IMG/VR virus record: IMGVR_UViG_3300031774_000056
Location: 1 to 38,334 of that record
Origin: a virus
Lineage: Duplodnaviria > Caudoviricetes
DNA length: 38,334 bases
Strand: one strand, 5' to 3'
In this document: in pieces, positions 25,095 through 34,800 of the stretch
Layout: every line of letters begins with the position of its first letter
How positions within the stretch are numbered: position 1 is the stretch's first letter
Program-made: the position numbers and the translations under genes
The notes under the pieces: generated by a model
Told to the model about the DNA's origin: nothing
The model's database searches: none
What the model saw: only the letters and a program-made list of their open reading frames with translations

Positions 25095-26567
25095 ATGGCT
25101 GCTATAATAGAAGTTAAATACTTCAATACATTTCTTCTAAAGAAAGTAAACCAAACAATTTCAACTCCTAGTTATGGAAACATACCTTCTTGGAATGGTT
25201 CTATGGGTATACCCGCCGCTAAAGGAGGTTATCCTATATCTGCTGCAGATGTTCCTAAAAATTGGGTTATAGAAGAATCTAGAATTAATGGTGGTTATAA
25301 TAATACTTCAGTTTCTTTTGGTGCTAAAGCTTATTTAGTAGAAGAAGAACCTAATGGGTCTATACGTGGAAACTCTTTAATATATTCAGGTATATTTAAT
25401 TCTAGAACAGGTATAAATAACACCAACGTGTTTTCAGTTGGTGATAACATAGTTAAATCTGTAGACCCAGCAAATGGATCTATACAAAAACTTTATGCTG
25501 AAGACACTAATTTAAATATATTTCAAGAATTAAAAATTAGTAGAGCTTTAATTGATAAAGACGCTATATATTCTGCTGAAGGCGGTGGAACTGTTACTAG
25601 TGCTAATCTTGTTATTGGTGCTATTCAACCTTACGCGGGTAAATACGGTATTAGTAACGATCCTACAAGCTTTGCGGTATACGGTACAGATAAGTATTTT
25701 ACTGATAGAAACAATGGAACTGTTTTAAAATTATCTGGAGGTTTAGTTGAGATATCTAGAGCTAATATGATAGATTATTTTAGAGATAGATTAGGATCAG
25801 GTATTACAGTAGGTGGAGCAACAGGAAGAATTATAGGTGGTTGGGATATACATAATAAACAATATTTAGTATCTACACAAGAACCTGGAGCACAAGCTGA
25901 TACTTTAGAGGGAGGATATGAAACAGTAGCTTTTGATAACCTTGTTCAAGGTTGGACTAGTTTCTTTACATATAAACCAGAATTAATGTTTAGTTTAAAC
26001 AATAAATTTTATAGTACAAAATTTGGTAGTTTATATCAGCATTATTCTCAAGGTGTAAATAGAAACTTGTTTTATTCTAATGAAGGTCAAACTATAAAAC
26101 CTACTTCTATAACTTTTGTTTTTAATGCTAACCCAAGTTCATCAAAAACATTTAAAACAGTAGAATATGAAGGAACAAATGGTTGGCAAGTTAATTCTTT
26201 TACTTCTGATTTAACAGGAGAAAACACGGTAACAACAAATTCAAACTGGATAAATTTTCAAGATACAACCGCTCAAGTATATAGTTATACTCAGGGTCAA
26301 TATGATTCAGCAGGTAATGAATATCCAAACGCAACTGTTCCACCATTTTTCTATGCTGGATTTAATAGGAAGGAAAACAAGTATGTAGCTAATCTTATTA
26401 ATAATAGTAGTGCTGCTCCTGGTGAAATAAACTTTGGTAGTTCTATATCTGGTATTAAAGGTTTTGTAGGTACAGTTACAATAGCTACTGATACAGTTAC
26501 AAATAATGGAGGAGAAAAAGAATTATTTAATGTTAGTAGTGATTTTATAGCTAACAATGGATATTAA
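25095..26567 (+). CDS. Tail nozzle/muzzle protein, C-terminal part
   Basis: GSIQKL, YAGKYGISNDPTSFA, YFTDRNNGTVLKL, GWTSFFTY and KTFKTVEYEG match the C-terminal half of nozzle-type propeller proteins. Confidence 0.6.
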   Translation: MAAIIEVKYFNTFLLKKVNQTISTPSYGNIPSWNGSMGIPAAKGGYPISAADVPKNWVIEESRINGGYNNTSVSFGAKAYLVEEEPNGSIRGNSLIYSGIFNSRTGINNTNVFSVGDNIVKSVDPANGSIQKLYAEDTNLNIFQELKISRALIDKDAIYSAEGGGTVTSANLVIGAIQPYAGKYGISNDPTSFAVYGTDKYFTDRNNGTVLKLSGGLVEISRANMIDYFRDRLGSGITVGGATGRIIGGWDIHNKQYLVSTQEPGAQADTLEGGYETVAFDNLVQGWTSFFTYKPELMFSLNNKFYSTKFGSLYQHYSQGVNRNLFYSNEGQTIKPTSITFVFNANPSSSKTFKTVEYEGTNGWQVNSFTSDLTGENTVTTNSNWINFQDTTAQVYSYTQGQYDSAGNEYPNATVPPFFYAGFNRKENKYVANLINNSSAAPGEINFGSSISGIKGFVGTVTIATDTVTNNGGEKELFNVSSDFIANNGY

Positions 26568-26577
26568 ATTAAATTAA

Positions 26578-27021
26578 ATGAAATTAAAAAAAGCAACAGC
26601 TGTAGAAGCTTTGCAGAAATTAATGTTTGAAGGTAAAGAAGAAGATGGGTTTTATGGAGATGGTAAAGCAATAGCAACAGTACCTGATATACCAATAATA
26701 CATAATTTTGCAGATCAACTCTACATAAGACAAATGAATTTAAAAAAAGGACACGTTATTCTAGGTGCAGTTCATAATCACCTACATGTTTGGTTTTTAT
26801 TAACAGGTTCAGTTATTATAAATAATAATGGTGAAAAGATAGAGCACGTAGCTCCTTGCTATACTGTATCAGAACCTGGTTCACAAAGAATTATTTTAGC
26901 TTTAGAAGATTCTATATTTGTAAATGTTCATAAGAACCCTACAAATACAAAAGATATAGCTGAATTAGAAAAAGAAATAGTCTCTATGACAAAGGAAGAA
27001 TACAATAATAAATATAAATAA
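26578..27021 (+). CDS. Cupin-fold (RmlC-like) protein
   Basis: HNFADQLYIRQMNLKKGHVILGAVHNHLHVWFLLTGSV...SEPGSQRIILALEDSIFVNVH: double-stranded beta-helix pattern with a His cluster. Confidence 0.7.
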   Translation: MKLKKATAVEALQKLMFEGKEEDGFYGDGKAIATVPDIPIIHNFADQLYIRQMNLKKGHVILGAVHNHLHVWFLLTGSVIINNNGEKIEHVAPCYTVSEPGSQRIILALEDSIFVNVHKNPTNTKDIAELEKEIVSMTKEEYNNKYK

Positions 27022-27022
27022 T

Positions 27023-27703
27023 ATGAGTTTTTTATTAGGATCCGCAGCAATAAGCGCGGGTACAAGCATACTCGGTGGTATCATTGGTGGTGGTAAAGCT
27101 AGAAGAGCAAGGCGAAGAGCTGCTAAGAAATTAAAAGCGATGAATGCTAAAATGGCACAATTAGAAGCTAATAGACAAGAAATCATAAATCCTTATGAGG
27201 ATTCTACTAATTTAAGTAGTATGATGAGTAATCCTATGGCTAATCTTGCTGTAGCTACTCAAGCTACTGAAATGCAGATGGAAGAAACTGATCAAGCATT
27301 GGCCAACACATTAGACACTATAAGACAAACAGGTGGTGGAGCAGGTAGCGCAACAGCTTTAGCTCAAGCTGCTTTACAATCTAAGAAAGGTATTGCTGCT
27401 AATATTGAGGCACAAGAAAAATCTAATGAAATGGCAAAACAGCAAGGAGAACAAAGACTTCAAGACGCTAAAATAGCTGAAGAAAAAAGAATGCAGGGTC
27501 TTGATGCTGCAGGAAAACAATTTGTATTTGGCCAAAGAGAAGCAAGAGAAATGGGTCAATTAAATAGACTACAATCCCAAATAGATAACATGCAAGGAGT
27601 TAAAGCTAGAGCTGAAGCTGATCAAACAGCTGCTCTTACTGGTGCTATCTCTGGAGTAGCGGGTGCTGCTAGTTCATATTTTGGAGCAAAATCAGGAAGT
27701 TAA
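27023..27703 (+). CDS. Small internal virion / DNA-ejection protein
   Basis: Gly/Ala hydrophobic N-terminus followed by an Arg/Lys patch, a Gln/Ala coiled coil and a Gly/Ala C-terminus, as in podoviral pilot proteins. Confidence 0.7.
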   Translation: MSFLLGSAAISAGTSILGGIIGGGKARRARRRAAKKLKAMNAKMAQLEANRQEIINPYEDSTNLSSMMSNPMANLAVATQATEMQMEETDQALANTLDTIRQTGGGAGSATALAQAALQSKKGIAANIEAQEKSNEMAKQQGEQRLQDAKIAEEKRMQGLDAAGKQFVFGQREAREMGQLNRLQSQIDNMQGVKARAEADQTAALTGAISGVAGAASSYFGAKSGS

Positions 27704-27714
27704 AAATATAGGAA

Positions 27715-28800
27715 ATGGAAAATCAAAATATACACATAAATTTATTAATAAAGCAAATGTTACAAAGTGATAACATGGCTTATGTTCCTGGTTATCTAAG
27801 CTCTAAAGTAAATATTGATTACGGTGTTTTAAATAAAGCATATCAAGACACGGGTAGAATATACGCTAAATTAAAAGCTAGTCTAGAAAAAGGTAGTTGT
27901 GGAGATTGTATCAAAGAACAAAAAATGTTAACATATTTAGAAAGTGCTCCTAAATTATCATTAGATTTTTTAAGTAATGTTATGGGTGAATTACAAATAG
28001 TAGAAACATCAAACTATGATCCTAACAATTACTTTGGATTCATGGTTGCTAATTGTATTATTACTAAAAAACCAGGTTTTTCTAAAACTGATGGATATGA
28101 TATTGGTTTAAAATTATTAAACAATGGTACACAAGAATTAACTTTTAGTGGTCCTTTATTAAAAGAATCTTTAATTATTAATAGTGCTGCTTTACAAAGT
28201 TTATTAGACGCAGATACATCTATGGTAGTTGAAACTCCAGATATTAATAAAAATATGACAGAACTACTAGTTCAATCTGGATTATTTATGCCAGAAGATG
28301 TTGGTGAAGATGGTCAATTATCTGCTAGTGCTAAAATATCAGAAGAATTTATTTTAAAATTTAATGGTGAACCTGATTACGAAATAATTGATATTGGTGG
28401 TGGTAAAGGAAGAAATGTATTAAAATTTGATATGGATAAGATTGAAAGGAAAATACAACCTTTTATAAACGCTGAAGTTGCTGGGATTCTTTCAGCAGAA
28501 CAAGAAGCCGTAGCAGCTTGGAATGTTTATTTAGCTAAACTAAGTAGTCCAGAAGAAGACGATCAAATGGTTCAAAACGCTAACGCTGGTGGTGAGTCTT
28601 GGTCTTATGAAAAAGATTTACCATTACATCAAGATAAAAAAATATTATTTGGAAAACAATATAAAGAATTTTTTATAAAAAATTATTTAGTACAATTCTT
28701 AACTAATAAACTACCAAGTGTAGAAGAAGATGCTGCTGTGTTTGATTTACAAGAAGGTATAGATGCTAAGGCTCAAAAAATAATGGGTGATAACCAATAA
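27715..28800 (+). CDS. Hypothetical protein in the ejection module
   Basis: 361 aa, acidic, with a CGDC motif; lies between the small and giant ejection proteins. Confidence 0.7.
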   Translation: MENQNIHINLLIKQMLQSDNMAYVPGYLSSKVNIDYGVLNKAYQDTGRIYAKLKASLEKGSCGDCIKEQKMLTYLESAPKLSLDFLSNVMGELQIVETSNYDPNNYFGFMVANCIITKKPGFSKTDGYDIGLKLLNNGTQELTFSGPLLKESLIINSAALQSLLDADTSMVVETPDINKNMTELLVQSGLFMPEDVGEDGQLSASAKISEEFILKFNGEPDYEIIDIGGGKGRNVLKFDMDKIERKIQPFINAEVAGILSAEQEAVAAWNVYLAKLSSPEEDDQMVQNANAGGESWSYEKDLPLHQDKKILFGKQYKEFFIKNYLVQFLTNKLPSVEEDAAVFDLQEGIDAKAQKIMGDNQ

Positions 28801-28811
28801 AATTAAATTAA

Positions 28812-31800
28812 ATGACTAAACAAGAATACGTAGCAAGTTTAATAAGACAAGGCAACCTAAGTAGTCAAAAAATGTATGAGATGACTAAGGCTTGGGAAGC
28901 TGAAAATGCTGAACCAGAAGTAGAAGTAGAAGAGGTAAAGACAAACGATCCTGCTGTAAATGCGGAGACCAATGCAGGATCGAAAAAGAAATCGGTCTCA
29001 AAATCGGAAGATACTTCATCGGAATTATCAGAAGAAGAAAAAGCAGAAATAGCCGCTAAAGCTAAAGAAAGAACAAAAAGAATAAACTCTTTGTATCTTA
29101 AGTATAATGAAGACGGTAATCAAGCTGTTTCTGAAGAAGAAAAAACTAAATGGTTAGATAATAACACTAAACTACATAGTAACGAAGAAGTACAAGCAAT
29201 TCATGATGAATCTAGTTGGACAGATTGGTCTTTAGGATTACTTCCGTTTTACGACTCTCAAGCAGAAATAGCTGAAGAAATGCAACAAGATGAAGAACTG
29301 CAGAAGTTTAAATATAATCAAGCAAATAAAAATTATATACAACAATCACAAGAAATAACTGCAGATAAAAACTTGTCTCAAGAGGAGAAAGAGAAAAAAC
29401 TAGAAGAAATTAAACCTCCACCTTTAGTAGAAGATGTTGAGCAAGAAGTGGAAGTACAGGATACAGGTGATCAATGGAAAGATGCTTCAACTACTTTAAG
29501 TACAAAGACAGATGAAGAATTAAAAACATCTCCACTTTTTCAAACAGACGGTAAATTTGATCCTAAAAAATTAGAAGATTACAAAAATTTTATAGAGTTA
29601 AATGATTATAGAGAGCAGTTAAGTAATACTCCTATGAAAATAAGAGGAAAAGACAATACAGCTTTTAACATGCTTTATAAAAAGCTAACAGACAAATACG
29701 GTGAACCTACTACAGATGAGCATGGAAATGAGTTACCACCTAATATGCGTCCAGCTTATCTTGGTAAACATTTAGATAGTCTTAAAGTAGATATAACTAA
29801 AGATTACGATAAACTACTTGATGAAGATAAAGAATTAAAAAAAGAAGAAGGTTTTTTTGACAAAGAATATTATTTACAAAAAATATCAACAAAACAAGCT
29901 AATCCTGAAGCTGTAACAACAGCTCTTTCTTATTTACCTCAAGATTTTGCTGGAATTGAAAGTGGAGAAGAGTTGGATAAGATAATGAAAGAATCTTATG
30001 CTAATTTTGTTAAAGATGATCCAATTTTAAAAGCTGAATGGAATTCAATACAAAAAGCAGCTCAAGGAAGAATAAAAGCTTATCAAGATGAAATATTAAA
30101 AACAGCTGACTTAACAACTGAAGAAGGTGTTGCTGCGGCTAACTCTAAGCTTGAAGCTTATGCTAAAAAAATTACACTAGATATTTTTGAAAATTCAGAC
30201 GGATACAATAAGAGAATAGCTGACTTAGGCTTGGTAATGGATAACGCAATGGCCAAGGTAAACACTGCTTATGAAAGAGACCAACGTCCTTGGTACGATG
30301 TTTTATCAATTTCTGATGCGTTAAGAGGTGGGAACACTGGCATTGAGGGTGATGATGGTATACCTTTTAATAATACTTTAGCAAATTTAATTGAAAGTAT
30401 TGGTAAAGGTGGTGTGAATTTAGTTAGTTCAGGTAAAAAAGCTTGGGCAAGTGTAGAAGCGAAAGGTGTTAGACAGGTTCAACGTGAAATAGATGACATT
30501 AATGAAAGGTATGAAAAAGGCGAAATAGACGAAAAAACCAGAGATCAATTATTAAATAGTAAAAGAGGAGGAAAAGGTCAATTTAATTCTTTAATAGAAG
30601 AATTAATGGAAGATAAAAAAGATGTTGAAAAATTATTTGATAGTATTCAAGATGACGAAGCTTATACTAATTTATTTAATACAGCTGATTTATCGGATGG
30701 TATTAGTTTTCAAGAAGCTATATTTACAACAGGAGAAGCATTACCACAAATTGGTTTAGCTGTTGCTGGTACTCTTACAGGTAATCCAGTTATGGCTGGT
30801 TTAGGAACTGCTGCAATGTTTACTCAAATGTATGGAGATAATTATTGGTCAGCTTATCAAGAGGGTATTCAAATGGATGCTAAAGCTATGGGTATTGACT
30901 TAAACGCTTTGTCTCCTGAAGAAAGAAGAGAGTTTGAATTAAATGCTCTTAATGAAGGTAAGCATGCTAACATGGCTACTTCCGCAGCGTTTGCTGCTGT
31001 TATGACAGCTGCTGAACAATTTGGTGCTAATAAAATTTTAAAGCAAACAGAAAAAGCTTTAGGATTAGGAACTGGAGGATTAGTATCTTTTTATAAAGGA
31101 TCTTGGAGAGAAGGTGGTGAGGCATTATTAAGAGGAGCTTTGAATAAAGCAGAAGCTGGTGCTACAGAATTTGCTACAGAATGGGCTCAAGAAGTATTAG
31201 GTCAAATAGGTACAGGTTTACAAACAACAGGTAGAATCGGAGATCAATTAGATTGGGGAGCTTCATTAGAAGCTGGTAAAGCTGGTGGTGTAGTTGGTGT
31301 TATGATACCGTTTGCTAAAGCTGTTAGTCAACAATCAGCTGTAGAAATAAGAAACGTATCAAGAGATGTAGCTATAAAATTTGCTCCAAACTCTAAATAC
31401 GGTAAGTTTGCTATTGAATCAGAAAAATATTTTGAAGCTGCTCAAACAAATTTAAATAACAAACTAAAAAATAATCAGCTAACAAAACAACAGTATCAAG
31501 AAGAATCTCAAAACCTATCAGATGTTAGAAATTCTCGTTTAAAAATAGATCCAAACGCTGGTCCAGATATTAGAGCTAGACAATTAGATTTAATGGTTGA
31601 GCGTAATCAGTTAACGCGTGAGATTAAAAAGATGGACGATCCTGATTTAACAGTTGAACAACAGGAAAGATTAAACCAAGTTAAAACTCAATTAAGAGAA
31701 GTTGTAGCTGAGCAAAACCTATATAATAAATCTGGACAAGTTAGAAAAATGATTCAGAACGCTGGGAAGAAAGATGCTCAAGGTAACCCAATGATTGAGT

Positions 31801-34800
31801 TTAGAGATGTTCAGACAGCTAAAGAAACTCAAGAAGTTGCTGATCAATTAGAAAAAGAAGGATATACTAAAGCCGCAACAAGTGCTGCTCATGGCGTGCA
31901 AATGATAAATGAAAAAACTGGGAAAGAAGTTTTACTTATAAATAATGAAGTAGCTTCTGGTAAAGGTGGTTTTGTAGGTAATGTTAATGTAGGAGCTCAT
32001 GAATTTCTACATAGTGTTTTAAAGAAAACTTTACAAAATAATCCAGACGCAGCGATAGAAATGTCTAATGAAATGCGTGGTCATTTTAAGAAATTATTAG
32101 ACAGTGGAAAATTAGACATGAACTCTGAGTATGCTTTAAATCTACAGCAATACATGGATAAACCTCCAGCTGAGTTTGCAGAAGAAGCTATGACATTATT
32201 TGCAGATGGTTTAGCAAATGGAGATATAGTTTTAAATGAAAGTAATTTACAAAAAATTAAAGATGTTTTAAGAAGGTTAATGCAATCGTTAGGTATTAAA
32301 AATGTAGAGTTTAATACAGGTAAAGATGTAGTTAACTTTTTAAAAGATTATAATAAAAGCGTTGAAAGAGGTAAACTAAACAGAGCTCAAAAGAAATTAT
32401 TAGATAAATCTGCTAAAGGAAAATTATTAACAAAAGAATCTAAAGATACAAAAGAATCTAAAGATACAAAACCTAAGAAATCTAAAGCTGCTCCTAAAAA
32501 ACCTAGTAAAGCTCAAAGAGAAGATCCATACCGTGATGCAAAAACTAAAAAGGAAGCAAAAGCTATAGAGAGAAGAAGAAGAAAAAAATTAAAAGAATGG
32601 ATTGATGGAGATCCAAAACTAGAAGCAACATTTGCAGATTGGATTGGAGGAACTAAATATTCAAAAGCTCGTGAAACAGCTGGAATACCTCAAGCAGAAT
32701 TAGATGCTATGACACCTAATCAAAGACGAGCATTAGAAGGATATTTACCTTATGAGTATAGAAAAATACCAGGCCAAGGTATGGAAGTAGTCTCTCAATT
32801 TGTGGGTAAAGGAGAAGCAGTTGCAGCGTTAAAGAAAATGATGGGGCAGACTAGAGATGGTTGGATGGGTATGACAAAAGAAAAATATTCTATAGCTAGA
32901 ACTAAACAAACACCACTTGAGGCTATAAATGATTTAATACCATCTGAGATAAAGACTAAAGATCAATTTGATACTTTCATGCGGGATAATAAATCAGCTA
33001 AAGCAATTGCAGACGCGTTAATGCCTGGTGGAGTTATAAATAATCTTATAAGATCTCAAGAAACTAGTAGAGAGCAAGGTGATAAAATGATTGATGAGAT
33101 GTATGAACGTATATTCAACTTCAATCCTGAGGCGAAAAGAACTGATGGCACTACTGTAGGACCAAAAGGATTTGGTGAAGCAATATTTGCTAATAGCAGA
33201 TTTGCTAAAATGGTGGCAAATAAAGCGTTGTTCCAAGAAAGCGAAAAGAAAAAGCAAGAAAAGAGACAAGATGACACTACTAAACAAATAGTAGATAAAG
33301 GCGAAGTTTTAGATCTTGGTCCTGCTAATGAAGGTTATGTGTTGGCTCAAAAACCTAGTAAAACTACAGGTTTAGATTCAAAAACTGAAGATGCTATTAC
33401 TAAAGCTGTAAATAAGACTTTTAAAGGAGAAGACATTAGATTTGCAGATACTAGAAACATACCTCAAGAAGTAGCTGACATTTATGGTAAAATGTTTGGA
33501 ATAAATCCAGAAACAATAGTTAATAAGAAAAGAAATTTTCAAACAACTGATGCAGAAGGTTTAACTAAAGCTAAACAATTCTTACTTAAAAACGCAAAGA
33601 ATGATTTTGATAGATTGCCAAAAGTTCAAGATGATACTGGTAGAGGTACATTTGTTCCTAAAAATGTAAAAGATGCTTTATATACTGATGGCAAATTAAC
33701 CGGTAGTTTAAAAGATTACATGGATCTTATTAGAGAAAAACCAGTTAAACCTATATATAGAGATCGTGTTGGTCAAACTATTAGAGGATTATTAGGATTA
33801 CATATTAGAAATCGTGTGCTTGAAACAGCACAACCCGTTCAAGGTAAAAGAATACAATCAGGTGCTAAGTTTAGTATTGCTAGAAAAAAATTAACAGGTA
33901 CAAAAGCTATTAACGCTTTGTTAGAAGAAAAAGGTAATGTTGAAACTAATCTAGAAAGAAGAGTTATTAACAATAAAGATTTTGTTGAGGATTTTGAAAA
34001 TAAATCAGGATTACCAATTTTTATAACTCAAAAATCTAGTAATTTTACCAATGGTAAAAAAGCTGGAGGTAAAGGTAACGACTTAGTTATAACGGAAGAG
34101 CAGCATAACAAACCTGCGCAACAAAAAGCTAATAAGCTAGCTATTGCTAAAGGTACTAGTTATAGTCTTCGTGATGCTAGTAAAAAAGCAGCAGCAAAGT
34201 CTGATTTTGAGAAAAAAGATCAAAAATATAAAGACGAAAAAGGTAAAACTAAAACTAGAAAAGTTTATGTTACTAGTCAAATAAATGTAGTTACAGGTAA
34301 ACCATTTACATCTCAAGAATTAAAAGATATTGAACTTGTTATGGGAGGTAAAAACCTTGCTAACATTGAAAAAAATCTTGAAAATGAAGCTGCTTTAAAA
34401 AGAGGTCAAGCTTTGATTATTAATATCATGGCTGCCCAGTATAAAAAATTAAAATCAAATCCCAAAACAGCAGCAGAAGCAGATGTTCTATTACAAAACT
34501 ATAAAGAATTACTTTATAATAGTAATTTAAATAGTAATATGGGTAGAAACATGGCTGCTACTATAGGTAAAGAAAAAGGAATTGGAAAAGGTAATAAAAC
34601 AGAAGAGCATACTTATCAAGCTATTAATTTTGCTTATAGAACTTTAGAGGCTATAAGTGATATAACAAACCCTCATTACGAAGCAAATTTAAAGGGTTGG
34701 ACTAAATGGGCTGGTAATAATTATTATCAAATAATTTTAACTAAAAAAACTGATAAAACATTAGATCAAACATATGACAAAGATATATTTGATGCGGGTA

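Noticed and set aside
27762-27775. ACAAAGTGATAACA as a fifth promoter-motif copy
   Set aside because: It lies inside a CDS, has a different AC-to-GTGA spacing and lacks the terminal TA.
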